From positions 12,985-76,984 of the IMG/VR virus record IMGVR_UViG_2526164702_000004: a DNA stretch of 64,000 bases; one strand, written 5' to 3'. The notes below the pieces were generated by a model. It saw nothing but the letters and a program-made list of their open reading frames with translations, was not told the origin of the DNA and did not search any database. Shown one piece after another: positions 10,152-20,068 of this stretch; the stretch's first letter is position 1; every line of letters begins with the position of its first letter. The translations under genes were made by a program, and so were the position numbers. The stretch comes from a virus (lineage: Duplodnaviria > Caudoviricetes).

Positions 10152-11177
10152 TTACATCATCCTTCGGCCTTTTGTAAAAATCGCGTAATTGATTCCACTT
10201 TCTACTAATGCAGAAATTCTCCCCGCATTAAAAGCCATTGACGCCTCCGTCCAAGCAAAGCGCCGGAAGTTTCTGTTCAGCCTAAGAGTTAAAAGAGACG
10301 ACTCACTTCCATCGAGTATTTTAAGATATTCGTCTTCCGATATTTTACCTTTTTCTACGAGTTCAAACAAATCAGGGTAGGCCATTTCTGACTGTAACCG
10401 CTCAATAGTTTTCCCTTCACCGATTGCGGCTGAAATCATGTTTCGATACATCAGAGATAAATATTCAAAAGGCTTACCACCTCGAACCGGATCCCCCTGT
10501 GAATCTTGCATGACATTTCCATTTTCATCGCGTTGATAGATCGCGATCCATTCGGAACCATGACTCTTTGCATACTCAGCAGCCAACTCTCTTTCTCGAC
10601 TTTTTGAAATGATTTTTTCAAAAGATTGCCGATCTTCTAATCCAAATCCAAGTTTGTATTTCAGAGCGCGATCATAATCTTCAATCCCCATTTCGTCGAT
10701 CGTTTCGATCGGTAATTTCAGGGATCCGCTCAAATACCCCGAAAGATACCCTAAAAAAGTTCCCGATTCTCCGATTTGTTTATAAACTGGATTCCAATCC
10801 CTTTCTAAATATTCAAAAAGCCATTTATCAAATTCTGATTCAGATGCTTCTTGGCTGATCTCGTTATCTTTTCCAATTTTAATAAACGGGGGACGGTCTT
10901 CGGGGAATTTTTTTTCAAAAATTCCTGGGAAATATTTTCCGATCGTTTTCTTACCCCATGAAAATATTCCTTTGCGAAAAAAAGTTTTTGAAGCGTAAAT
11001 ATCTGGATATTTAGGACCTAATACACAAAATTCCAACCACTTCAATCGGTCTCCAACAAGTAGTTGGAATTCGCGTCCCGCACGGCCTCTTAAAAAAGGA
11101 CTTTCAGTCTGCCAATTCTGCAAAAAACGAATCAATTGCTGAAGACCAGAGTGATAATTTAGTTTTCTTATCTGCAC
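10152..11177 (-). CDS. MuF/SPP1 gp7-like head morphogenesis protein lacking the C-terminal Cys motif
   Basis: Downstream of portal; LNRNFRRFAWTEASMAFNAG motif, then a stop before the usual CxxC...HPxCxC. Confidence 0.65.
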   Translation of the reverse strand: MQIRKLNYHSGLQQLIRFLQNWQTESPFLRGRAGREFQLLVGDRLKWLEFCVLGPKYPDIYASKTFFRKGIFSWGKKTIGKYFPGIFEKKFPEDRPPFIKIGKDNEISQEASESEFDKWLFEYLERDWNPVYKQIGESGTFLGYLSGYLSGSLKLPIETIDEMGIEDYDRALKYKLGFGLEDRQSFEKIISKSRERELAAEYAKSHGSEWIAIYQRDENGNVMQDSQGDPVRGGKPFEYLSLMYRNMISAAIGEGKTIERLQSEMAYPDLFELVEKGKISEDEYLKILDGSESSLLTLRLNRNFRRFAWTEASMAFNAGRISALVESGINYAIFTKGRRMM

Positions 11178-11604
11178 CTTGATGCAGGATTCCTTCGATC
11201 GCGCTGCTAAGCCTATCGTATTTTTCTGTATGCACAGTTTTGATAATTTTTTCCGCTAACTCGTTCCACTCTTCAACTGTAAACTTTTCAGTTTCTATGC
11301 CCTTCGAAGCAAACAAATCAATTACGCCCGAAATATTGCTTTTGACTCCTCTATTTGCCGTGAGTAGCATTTGGAGAATGCTATCGTATAATTCCGATTT
11401 TTTTAAATCAGACAATCCGTCTATAATCGGTTGCAAAAATCCTTTTACCTCCTCAGAGCTTTCTCCCAAGGTACGATCTTGATTCTTTACTGGAGGAGGG
11501 GCTTTGTCCTCTTCTTCACTTGGAATCACTGGAGGAGGAATTGGATTTTTATTTTCTTCTACCAGATCCGTTTGTTCTTTATCTTGTGTATTGACTTCTG
11601 ACAT
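11104..11604 (-). CDS. Hypothetical acidic protein after portal
   Basis: 166 aa with a Pro/Glu-rich N-terminus. Confidence 0.55.
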   Translation of the reverse strand: MSEVNTQDKEQTDLVEENKNPIPPPVIPSEEEDKAPPPVKNQDRTLGESSEEVKGFLQPIIDGLSDLKKSELYDSILQMLLTANRGVKSNISGVIDLFASKGIETEKFTVEEWNELAEKIIKTVHTEKYDRLSSAIEGILHQGADKKTKLSLWSSAIDSFFAELAD

Positions 11605-11655
11605 TTTATATCACCTTATTTTTTTTACTCTTTTATGAGTGCATTATATTATATA

Positions 11656-13434
11656 TTATTGAGATTCCGTTTCTGCATTTGGAGTAATAAAGTCGTCATC
11701 ATCCCAAGGTAATTCTTCGTTTATATCGGAACCTAAGTTTGAATTCCCGTCTGAAGGATTATCTGATGATATAGGGGGTTGGCCAAATTGAGATCCGTTT
11801 CCCAAAATTTTACTAAACTCTGCTGCAAAATAAGGATTCCCAATCAACATGCCCATTTGAGCAAATTTTTTAGCTTGGTCATCTGATATTACTCCACTTA
11901 CTTTATAGTTATTTGCAAGTTCCTGCATTGTTGGCTTGTCTTCAGCTTTTAAAATATCATCAAGAGTTCTAAAAGTTTTAAATTGCTTATCGTAAAGATC
12001 AGCTTTTTTTGCGGACTCGTCGACCTTAACCCCATTAAAAATTAATTTATAAAGCGAATCATCTTGTGGATCATGTACTTCGTTCAAACAGTCTCGATGA
12101 AATGCCATGAGAGATCCATGCGAACGATCTCTTGCGAAATGTTGCCTTCCGTCAACGGAGGGTTCCGAAAGTGTTGTGGATTGATTGAGTTTAAGCCCTA
12201 TTTGTGCAGGATCAATTCCGTATCGCGCACAAATTAAAGACGCGGTCATCTGTAAGAGTTTATCAAATTCAAAATCGTCATTTACCTCTAAGTTATGCAC
12301 TTGGATTTTCCCCGCACCAAAAAGCATCGGAAGTCTAAATCCACCTCTAGACCCAAAATAGGCATTCTCCCATTCCAGTTCTAATCTTTCTTGGTCTGCT
12401 TTTGTTATGCTTCCCTCGCTTGTTATCAAAGCGCGAGGAGGGTTCCTTGAGTTAAATCGATCGGCATTATGTTTAATGACAAAAATCAAAGACATGATTT
12501 CTAGAATACATGATTCAATCGGACTAATTCCGAACCCACGAAACCTAACGTCCGATATATTGTTTTTATGACGCAAAACGATTCGGCCAGCTTCATAAAC
12601 TTCAGTAACTTGATTGCGGATCATCTGGACATGAGTAATTTTTTTATCACCCTTATAGCCCTTCTTTGGATCGACACGGAAAATTGTCGCTGGATCAAGA
12701 TAAGTAATATCAATCAATTCGTTACGTCTGTTATAAGTCCTTTGATAGGCGACAGTATCAATTGCAAGAACATCCCTTGTAGCCATTTCAAGTACTTCGC
12801 CTAGACGTTCTCGTTCCCGCCACGTCGGGAGAGATTTGTCACCCATGAGTAACATCAAATGCCCAAGATCATTCATTTTAACCTTATCTTCAGGCGAAGG
12901 TGACTTTGATTTTTCTTTCATCCCGATTGAGAATCCAGGATCCTCGTCAAGATCACAATACATCGAAACATCATCGGAAAGGATTTGGTGAATAGAGCCT
13001 ATTAAAGAGGACGAATATCCAATGTCCCTAAGATCAAAAGGATCTGGTCTAAAAACTGGTCTGCACCGAATACCCTGTGACAATAGAACATACTGGTCAT
13101 CAATATAAATCGGATCCTTTGCATCTTTCTGGGCTCGCAAAAGATCGTACATTCGATTATTTAAATTTATTGCCTGATCAACCGTTGTACGAGTCGGCCC
13201 GTAAAAACTACTTTTGCGAAACGTGGAAAGATCCATGTGCTGAGGATCTGTTTCTTCTTTTGGTGCGTTTGAATTGGCTGGAGCAGCTTTACCTTTTACT
13301 TCTTTCTCACCATCACGGTATTCTTTTGGCGTCCTGTAATATAGATTTTTTTCGTAATTTGTTCCGCGAGGTCGTGCCACGAAGAGGGGACAATTGGTTA
13401 ACGTTTGAGAATATTGCAAACCTTTTTTGTTCAC
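11656..13434 (-). CDS. Phage portal protein
   Basis: 592 aa downstream of TerL; GISPIES, F.....P..LI, ICARYGIDPAQIG portal-type motifs. Confidence 0.85.
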   Translation of the reverse strand: MNKKGLQYSQTLTNCPLFVARPRGTNYEKNLYYRTPKEYRDGEKEVKGKAAPANSNAPKEETDPQHMDLSTFRKSSFYGPTRTTVDQAINLNNRMYDLLRAQKDAKDPIYIDDQYVLLSQGIRCRPVFRPDPFDLRDIGYSSSLIGSIHQILSDDVSMYCDLDEDPGFSIGMKEKSKSPSPEDKVKMNDLGHLMLLMGDKSLPTWRERERLGEVLEMATRDVLAIDTVAYQRTYNRRNELIDITYLDPATIFRVDPKKGYKGDKKITHVQMIRNQVTEVYEAGRIVLRHKNNISDVRFRGFGISPIESCILEIMSLIFVIKHNADRFNSRNPPRALITSEGSITKADQERLELEWENAYFGSRGGFRLPMLFGAGKIQVHNLEVNDDFEFDKLLQMTASLICARYGIDPAQIGLKLNQSTTLSEPSVDGRQHFARDRSHGSLMAFHRDCLNEVHDPQDDSLYKLIFNGVKVDESAKKADLYDKQFKTFRTLDDILKAEDKPTMQELANNYKVSGVISDDQAKKFAQMGMLIGNPYFAAEFSKILGNGSQFGQPPISSDNPSDGNSNLGSDINEELPWDDDDFITPNAETESQ

Positions 13435-13538
13435 AGAATTCTAATTTTCGAAGAGTTTTCAAATTATTTGAAAATGGTTTGAAAACAATTAAATTTATTT
13501 TCAGTATATTCTAAGAGTTTTAATATTTGTGAGGAAAA

Positions 13539-13820
13539 TTGGAAGAAAGTGGCCAGAGAATTCAAAGCGATACCGATTTTAGAATATTAAAGAAGATACT
13601 CTGTTTATTCGTAAAATTGGAGGAAGATTATGTAGGGCACAGATTAAACTTATATCTCCGATTTCATTATGTGCGCCGAGAGCAAATGGAAATCAGAATT
13701 GAATTTGAAACTAGAGGATTAAAAAAATGGACTAACTACGTTTGCGCATTTGAGAGTTTTTACAACGATGATTTCGACAAAAAGCTTCAAGTGCAGATCG
13801 AATTAATTTTGGCCAAATGA
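13539..13820 (+). CDS. Hypothetical protein inserted between terminase and portal
   Basis: 93-aa ORF (TTG start), opposite strand. Confidence 0.4.
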   Translation: MEESGQRIQSDTDFRILKKILCLFVKLEEDYVGHRLNLYLRFHYVRREQMEIRIEFETRGLKKWTNYVCAFESFYNDDFDKKLQVQIELILAK

Positions 13821-13860
13821 TAAAATAAGTTTTTGATTTATATATACTTAGAAAATGATA

Positions 13861-15594
13861 TTAGAATCCACGACGCTTCAACTGGTCCCTACGTAATTGA
13901 TCTAAACTTTTTGCAATGTAATTATTATTGCTTTCATTCTGATTGTATTTCTGAGATAACATAATTGCACCCGACCTTTGTTCTGCTGTAAGGAAGGATA
14001 CAGAATTTCTAAGTTCGTGTACAATCAATCGATAAGCCATTTGCGTCGCGTCCGGCCCGTCTTTCTTTTTATACGGAAATTCCTCAAATTGCTCTCGAAG
14101 GATTGTCGAATCCTCCCGAAGTAAAAGTTGTCCAGTTGCAATTGGAACCTGGAGGGTTCCCTCGATGCGTCTGTCTTTATCGCCACGGTTATCTATATCA
14201 ACAACTGGAACTATTATCTTATTAGCAAGAGTCAGACCCAATTCATTGTTTTCCAAAGAGCAAAGTTCATTCCAGTCTTCTAGGTGTTCTTTAAAACCAA
14301 ATAAAAAGTGTTCTTGCCCACCGTTAGTTTCGATTCCTGCTATATCCCACGGAAACGCTTGTAATGCCCGTATGAAGTCTTTTTGAATTTGGTCTGGAAG
14401 TCGCCGCTGAATATCAGAATAGAGTTCGTAAAACTTACCGGAAGGTGATAGTCCAAGGCCGACTATCGCTGAAAAATCGGATCTCTCCGTTTTGCCAAGT
14501 GATAAGTCAAGAGCCAAGGCTAATTGCCAACCAGCAAAAGATTCGGGCCGTTCGAATTTCCAGGTCTGCACAAGTCCCTTAAATTTTTGACCGACTTCTG
14601 GAAGAGGGTCGTTTTGTCTCTCTTGGGCAAAAGTAACAGGATCTTCGTCTCGTTCTATTCGAAGTAAATCAATAGGAGCGCCTTCTGGCCAAGACGATCT
14701 TTCCGTACCATCTTGATCTGTTATTAAGGCTTTGTATTTTTTTCGGATCCAGGTCTTGTAACGATCCGACTTAAATACGTATTCGCCTACACAATTAGGC
14801 GCAATAGTAGTGTAAGACAGGATAACATCAATGCCCCAAACGGTCCCAAGTTTTAATGCCGCTCGTTCAAACCAACGATATTTTCGGATCATTGTTGATT
14901 CAGAAACTACGTCCTTCTCTTCGTCCGGATCATCAAGGAGTAGAGCGTCCGGCCTTATATTTTTGTGTCTTTTGCCTCGGATTGCATTACCCCAACCCTT
15001 TGCAATGATGCGGAACCCTCCATTAAAAACTAGATCGAAGTCAGACCAGGAAACGTTTTGTCCCTTAATATCTTTTTTAGGTAGTAACTCCGGATAGTCG
15101 TTTGCAAGTTCGGCATTATCCTCAGACTCTTCCTGTATTTTTCGCAAAAACTCTTTTGCCTGTTCGAGTGTTGATGATACTAGTATTGGAAATTTCCAAG
15201 TGCCAGTAAGAACAAGCCAGAGGGCACCGCAAAGAGTAAGTATAGTTGACTTCCCAAATCCACGTGATAAAGCGACAAGGGACCTTAAAGGGATTCGGTT
15301 TTTAGAACCGTCTACGTTTTTAAATGATCGATAACTTTGGATAAGATGGACCAACTCCATTTGTTGTTCGCCAAACCGCATCGGAAAGTAATGAGGAAAG
15401 TAATGTTTACAAAAAAATTGGAATGATCCTTTTTTACCAGTCGCTCGTTTTCTACAGATATTTTTTTTTCTGTTAATGCCAAACGTTTTGGATCTAAGTC
15501 TTTCGGTTACATTTTTTACCGCTTCCGCAAGTATTGCAGGATCCACTTTTGCGTACGGAGTTCCTTCAAGCAATTTTGTTGGTTCGAATTTCAT
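13861..15594 (-). CDS. terL: Terminase large subunit
   Basis: Walker A SRGFGKST, Walker B LLLDD, RNase H-like nuclease ALDLSLG..DFSA...DGPDA. Confidence 0.9.
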   Translation of the reverse strand: MKFEPTKLLEGTPYAKVDPAILAEAVKNVTERLRSKTFGINRKKNICRKRATGKKGSFQFFCKHYFPHYFPMRFGEQQMELVHLIQSYRSFKNVDGSKNRIPLRSLVALSRGFGKSTILTLCGALWLVLTGTWKFPILVSSTLEQAKEFLRKIQEESEDNAELANDYPELLPKKDIKGQNVSWSDFDLVFNGGFRIIAKGWGNAIRGKRHKNIRPDALLLDDPDEEKDVVSESTMIRKYRWFERAALKLGTVWGIDVILSYTTIAPNCVGEYVFKSDRYKTWIRKKYKALITDQDGTERSSWPEGAPIDLLRIERDEDPVTFAQERQNDPLPEVGQKFKGLVQTWKFERPESFAGWQLALALDLSLGKTERSDFSAIVGLGLSPSGKFYELYSDIQRRLPDQIQKDFIRALQAFPWDIAGIETNGGQEHFLFGFKEHLEDWNELCSLENNELGLTLANKIIVPVVDIDNRGDKDRRIEGTLQVPIATGQLLLREDSTILREQFEEFPYKKKDGPDATQMAYRLIVHELRNSVSFLTAEQRSGAIMLSQKYNQNESNNNYIAKSLDQLRRDQLKRRGF

Positions 15595-16115
15595 TCGTTA
15601 CTTGATATATGCTCTATCAGTTTCTCTTCTAATAAAGATTCCAATCCTGATAGTATTTTTTTTCTCGAGGATTCAGCTTCCGCTTCTATCTTATTTTTAA
15701 ATAAATATTTAGAGTTGGTAAGATAAGATAAAACTTGCTGGACTTCCTTTGGGTGTAGTTTTCCTTTTCTTTTCTTTAATTCAGAAATCCAGTCGTTAAA
15801 CACAGAATAAAGATCAGATGCGATTGTATCCGCATTTATGCGCATCGCTTCTATTCTTTGTCCCGCTTCTTTTTCGTATGCACTTCGAAAGTTTATACCA
15901 ACAGGCTCATCCGAATAGAGCCAACGTTTTACCGTAGATTCGGATACTGCAATTTGCCTTGCAGTATCCTTAATAGTAGCACCGTCCAAAAGCAAAAAAA
16001 TAGCTTGGAACTGTTCAAAATTTATATTCTTGTGCGGATTATCGTAAGGTAGCTCAAAAGTTGCCCTTTTAGGTGATTTTCGATTTTGTCCTGTTTTGGC
16101 TCGTTTTGTCTTCAC
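15591..16115 (-). CDS. Putative terminase small subunit (HTH)
   Basis: HTH TIKDTARQIAVSESTVKRW; directly upstream of and overlapping terL. Confidence 0.6.
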   Translation of the reverse strand: MKTKRAKTGQNRKSPKRATFELPYDNPHKNINFEQFQAIFLLLDGATIKDTARQIAVSESTVKRWLYSDEPVGINFRSAYEKEAGQRIEAMRINADTIASDLYSVFNDWISELKKRKGKLHPKEVQQVLSYLTNSKYLFKNKIEAEAESSRKKILSGLESLLEEKLIEHISSNE

Positions 16116-16264
16116 AAGCTCGTGACAAAAAGTTCGAAAATTCTTAATGTCAACTTTTTCTTTTTTGTTTATAAATCTTTATACACATTTTTTAAGACTT
16201 CTACCTGACTTTATTTTCTTGTCTGAGAAAATAAAACGTAATCAAATTTTAAGCAAGCATACGA

Positions 16265-17050
16265 TTATATATGTCGAACAGTTTTATTTTTAACTGCTTT
16301 TGCAAACGCTTCGAATTCCTTTCGATTCATAACTTTATTTTTAGGATCAAGCACATCTTTTAAAATAAGATCCACTTCTTTTTGCGCCATGTTCAACGTA
16401 TCTAATGCTTTGTTATAGGCTTTTGCTCTTTTTTCGGCAAAACTAAATTCGCTTGAGGCAAGCAGAGGGTATTCAGGCTTATTTTTTTGCTTTTGCCAAC
16501 CCTCTCGTTCAATTGCGGCCTCTATATATCTATAAGCAGTGGCTTTTGAAACTGCAAAAATTTTAGATATTTCGTCCGCTAAGGGAGTTTCTTTTTTTTG
16601 TCCTAATCGCGGTGCCCCAGCCATATTTTTTAAAAAGCGCTCCTTGGGATATTCTTTGACTATAATATCAATAATTTCAGATTCTTCCCAATTTTTGCGA
16701 TCTTTGTTTGTCCCGTAAACTTCGCGCATTAGTGAGTCGTGACTACTATCGTTGATAAGAGTGCGCGCACGAATATTTTTATATTTTTTTAATCCTCGTT
16801 TAACAAGCGCACGTGCTGCCATAAATCTACGTTCGCCCGAATAGATAAGATATTTTTTTGTTCCATCTTCTTGTTTATATTTTTGGCTACTAATTGTAAT
16901 CGGATTTATTTGGCCAAAAATCTCCATATCATTCGCAAGGACCCCAGTCTCTTCTGCTGGAATTTTACGCTGTCCTACGTGAGTCTTGTAAGGCACAATC
17001 TCGTCTATACTTATTTCAAAATCGTCACTGTATCTCTGCATGATCGGCAA
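16265..17050 (-). CDS. ParB/Srx-domain protein with HTH
   Basis: GQINPITI...YLIYSGERRFMA CTP-box motif; HTH LADEISKIFAVSKATAYRY. Confidence 0.7.
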   Translation of the reverse strand: MPIMQRYSDDFEISIDEIVPYKTHVGQRKIPAEETGVLANDMEIFGQINPITISSQKYKQEDGTKKYLIYSGERRFMAARALVKRGLKKYKNIRARTLINDSSHDSLMREVYGTNKDRKNWEESEIIDIIVKEYPKERFLKNMAGAPRLGQKKETPLADEISKIFAVSKATAYRYIEAAIEREGWQKQKNKPEYPLLASSEFSFAEKRAKAYNKALDTLNMAQKEVDLILKDVLDPKNKVMNRKEFEAFAKAVKNKTVRHI

Positions 17051-17302
17051 AATAAATCGAACGCTCTCATGCTCAACTAAAAGTTTTTTAACTTTTGGTG
17101 CAAAAAGGTTTTTTAAAGGGCATGGATACTATACAGGGAATAGAGTTGGGCTTAACTCAATTAAATAAAAAAACAAAATTAGAAGAAATAGCTTCTATGA
17201 GCTGGTGGCGAAAAAAAGGATGGGAAGATAAAAAAGGTTCCGGCTGAACTTTTGCTTAACTGATGCATAGTTAATTTTTTTTGATGCGCGAGTATTTTTT
17301 GT

Positions 17303-17334
17303 TTGACAAACGCTATCAAATTGATAGCGTTTGT
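17303..17334 (+). promoter_or_regulatory. higBA promoter -35 with a 14-bp perfect inverted-repeat operator
   Basis: TTGACA at 17303; ACAAACGCTATCAA-A-TTGATAGCGTTTGT at 17306-17334. Confidence 0.75.
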
Positions 17335-17336
17335 AC

Positions 17337-17618
17337 ATGATCGTTCAGTTCAGGGACAAGCGAGACAAATTAATTTACGAGGGAGGGTCGGACAAACGTT
17401 TCCAGCCTGGCGCCTGCCGAAAGATCACCGAGAAACTCAGAGAGATCGACGCGGCGCACGAAATTGACGACTTAAAATTTCCGCCTTCAAATAAATTGCA
17501 TCCACTACAAAATAATCGGATCGGACAGCATGCGATTTGGGTTAACGGTCCGATCCGAATTTGTTTCCGTTGGAACGACGGGAATGTTATAATTGAATTT
17601 ATAGGCGATTATCATTAG
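17337..17618 (+). CDS. higB: HigB (RelE-family) toxin
   Basis: LKFPPSNKLHPL...GQHAIWVN..RICFRW motif; toxin-first order. Confidence 0.9.
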   Translation: MIVQFRDKRDKLIYEGGSDKRFQPGACRKITEKLREIDAAHEIDDLKFPPSNKLHPLQNNRIGQHAIWVNGPIRICFRWNDGNVIIEFIGDYH

Positions 17619-17630
17619 GAGGGAACTAAC

Positions 17631-17924
17631 GTGAGCAAAAAATACAATCCACACCCAGGTTTAATATTGAAAAACTATCTCGACGAGATTGAGGTATCTC
17701 AATATAGACTTGCAATTGAGACGGGAATTCCACGATCAAATTTGAGTAACCTGGTTTTGGGCAAACGATCTATTACCCCAGAAATCGCATTGCGTTTGGG
17801 GAAATTTTTCGGACAAACCGCAAAATTTTGGCTCAACTTACAAAACACGTACGATCTCTTTGAGGCGCAAAACGATCACGGCAAAGAAATCGAAAAGATC
17901 AGAAAATACAACGAGGCCGTGTAG
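17631..17924 (+). CDS. higA: HigA antitoxin (XRE HTH)
   Basis: HPGLILK...SITPEIALRLGKFFGQTAKFWLNLQ signature. Confidence 0.9.
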   Translation: MSKKYNPHPGLILKNYLDEIEVSQYRLAIETGIPRSNLSNLVLGKRSITPEIALRLGKFFGQTAKFWLNLQNTYDLFEAQNDHGKEIEKIRKYNEAV

Positions 17925-17942
17925 GCTCCCCACAAAGCAGGA

Positions 17943-17985
17943 AGACAAGGGATCACATGCAATATACAAAAAAGGAACTAAAGCT
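17943..17985 (+). pseudogene. hicA toxin remnant
   Basis: Only a GSHAIYKKG fragment (HicA catalytic GSH motif) survives upstream of hicB; no start codon. Confidence 0.45.
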
Positions 17986-18003
17986 AAAAACAGCAGGATT
18001 AAA

Positions 18004-18261
18004 ATGATGATCAGTTACCCAGCGATTTTAACAGAAGATAAAAACGAAGGAGGTTATACGGTCGAGTTTCCGGATTTACCTGGTTGTATCACCGAGGGTG
18101 ATACGCTGGAAGAGACTTTGGCATTTGCCAAAGATGCACTATCGCTATATCTCGAATCAATCGATTCGAGAAAAATCAAGATTCCTCGGCCGTCGGAAAG
18201 AAAAGGCAAAAACGTTTTTCAGATCAGACCAGAAAGAAAATCGGGTTTGCGATTTAGCTAA
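18004..18261 (+). pseudogene. hicB: HicB antitoxin; N-domain intact, C-terminal HTH broken
   Basis: YPAILTEDKNEGGYTVEFPDLPGCITEGDTLEE; after about 18240 a shifted frame reads RKIGFAI*LKFIRK. Confidence 0.7.
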
Positions 18262-18313
18262 AATTTATTCGGAAGGGAAATTTTAAAACCATGAGAGAGA
18301 AGACGGTAGCGAT

Positions 18314-18664
18314 ATGAAAAATAAATTGGATAAAGACCTAGAGTCAAAAATCGAATCATCTAAATCCGTTAGCAAAAAAAGAAAAGAGGAAATTTATAGA
18401 TTATTTGAGGCAATTAAGAACAGCGATTCCGTGCCATTCCGTGAAAGCGAGTTTTGGAAAAAACATGGGCATCTCGCAACACCTGGGACGCACATGCGAA
18501 CTTATCGTGAAATGGCTGGTTGGTCACAAACCGAGTTAGGGCAAAAACTTGGCATAGCCCGATCCCAAATATCAGAATACGAATCCGGAAAGAGGTCTAT
18601 AGATAAAGACGTTGCTAAAAAACTGGCGAAGCTTTTTAAAACACTGGTTGAAATATTTATCTGA
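18314..18664 (+). CDS. XRE-family HTH protein, antitoxin-like with no adjacent toxin
   Basis: MRTYREMAGWSQTELGQKLGIARSQISEYESGKRSI. Confidence 0.75.
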   Translation: MKNKLDKDLESKIESSKSVSKKRKEEIYRLFEAIKNSDSVPFRESEFWKKHGHLATPGTHMRTYREMAGWSQTELGQKLGIARSQISEYESGKRSIDKDVAKKLAKLFKTLVEIFI

Positions 18665-18692
18665 TTAAACGATATAAAATATAGTTTATCGA

Positions 18693-18720
18693 TTGACAAA
18701 TCGTAAGACGGAAGTACGAT
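18693..18720 (+). promoter_or_regulatory. vapBC promoter with inverted repeat
   Basis: TTGACA...TACGAT; ATCGTA-N9-TACGAT inverted repeat. Confidence 0.6.
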
Positions 18721-18729
18721 CGATAAGCT

Positions 18730-18936
18730 ATGAACAAAGTAATTATTTCGCCTAAATATCAAATCGTTATCCCAAAAGAAATCCGTGAAAAAACGGGATT
18801 AAAAGTAGGCGGACATCTCGAAATCATACATTACGGAAATCGCATAGAGTTGATACCTATCGAACCCATTAAAAAACTAAAAGGATTTTTAAAGGGAATG
18901 GATACTAAAATCGAACGAGAAGGCGATCGAGTTTGA
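18730..18936 (+). CDS. vapB: AbrB/MazE-type antitoxin
   Basis: ISPKYQIVIPKEIREKTGLKVG swapped-hairpin motif; overlaps the PIN gene. Confidence 0.85.
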   Translation: MNKVIISPKYQIVIPKEIREKTGLKVGGHLEIIHYGNRIELIPIEPIKKLKGFLKGMDTKIEREGDRV

Positions 18937-19307
18937 ACGTTGTAGATTCTTCTGGCTGGTTGGAATATTTTGCTGAAACAAAAAGAGCAGAATATTTTGC
19001 GGGAGCAATAGAAAAGACAGAATCCTTATTAGTCCCAGTAATAACTCTGTACGAAGTTTTTAAAAAAATACTTTTGGAACGAGGAGAAGACAACGCACTC
19101 AGGGCAATTGCCCATATGCAGCAAAATAAAGTTGTGGGATTAGATGCGTCTTTAGCAATAACAGCCGCAAAGTTAAGTTGTGATCACAAAATGCCCATGG
19201 CGGATAGTATTATCTTAGCAACAGCACGTCAATACAACGCTATCCTATGGACTCAAGATGATGATTTTAAGGGATTGCATGGAGTTAATTTTTTTCCAAA
19301 AAAATAA
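18933..19307 (+). CDS. vapC: PIN-domain toxin
   Basis: VVDSSGWLE...LYEV...MADSIILATA...LWTQDDDF. Confidence 0.9.
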   Translation: MNVVDSSGWLEYFAETKRAEYFAGAIEKTESLLVPVITLYEVFKKILLERGEDNALRAIAHMQQNKVVGLDASLAITAAKLSCDHKMPMADSIILATARQYNAILWTQDDDFKGLHGVNFFPKK

Positions 19308-19312
19308 AGGAA

Positions 19313-19546
19313 TTGATCAACATGGAACATTCTAAAGTTGAACCTATCGATCAAGTCGAAAGCACTGTGGCCGAGTGCCGGAAAATTTTAATCGAGTATA
19401 TTAGATCCTCGGGAACCTTGAGACAGATCGAAAAGTGGACTAAAAAATCTAATGGAAATATAGCCAACTATCTTAACGACAAGAAAAAAGTCCACGTTGA
19501 GACATTAATCAAGATTGCCAAACAGATCAGAGACAACAAAGAATAA
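19313..19546 (+). CDS. Small HTH protein, distant relative of the 33.8-37.7 kb array proteins
   Basis: LIEYIR...IANYLN...VETLIKIAKQI aligns by eye with LIEYIR...ISNLL...METLIILAETI. Confidence 0.5.
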   Translation: MINMEHSKVEPIDQVESTVAECRKILIEYIRSSGTLRQIEKWTKKSNGNIANYLNDKKKVHVETLIKIAKQIRDNKE

Positions 19547-19653
19547 ACAAATGTTCACTAATGAGACCAAATGACGATTATCGGAAGTTACTTATTTCCT
19601 CATTTAAAAATATACTCCAAACTTTTTCCCCCTGGCTTAGAGTGTTTTCAAAT

Positions 19654-19680
19654 GACTAAATATTAGTCTATATAGACTAA
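19654..19680. promoter_or_regulatory. Palindromic operators upstream of the wHTH-nucleotidyltransferase operon
   Basis: GACTAA-ATA-TTAGTC and TTAGTCTA-TA-TAGACTAA. Confidence 0.55.
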
Positions 19681-19723
19681 AAAGTAGTTGATAACAAAAG
19701 AATGATATAATATACTTAAGAGC

Positions 19724-20068
19724 ATGGTCCTTGATGGCATCTTCGGAAACGGAACGGCTTCCAGAGTTCTATTACACGTTTATCATTATAACGAAATTCA
19801 CTCTTCGGCCATTGCAAAAGACTATAATGTGGCCGTGACTCCGATTAGGCTTCAACTTGAACGATTTGAAAAATCGGGAATACTTGTCGCTAAGCAGATT
19901 GGTCGATCTCGTGTTTTTTCTTTTAATCAAAAGTCCCCTTTCGTCAAGCCACTCAAAGAAATATTGTCTATCTTTTATAATTCTTTGAGCATCGAAGAAA
20001 AGGAATCTATATTCTCAACAAGACGAAGACCCAGAGAAAAAGGAAAGCCAGTGTATGCAAGAACCTGA
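19724..20068 (+). CDS. Winged-helix protein (putative type IV TA antitoxin)
   Basis: SAIAKDY...PIRLQLERFEKSGILVAKQIGRSRVF wHTH. Confidence 0.7.
   Translation: MVLDGIFGNGTASRVLLHVYHYNEIHSSAIAKDYNVAVTPIRLQLERFEKSGILVAKQIGRSRVFSFNQKSPFVKPLKEILSIFYNSLSIEEKESIFSTRRRPREKGKPVYART

Noticed and set aside
17860-18261. 133-aa ORF read as an intact HicA-HicB fusion
   Set aside because: Its 5' part overlaps higA out of frame and only a GSH stub is HicA-like; better explained as a decayed hicA plus hicB starting at 18004.
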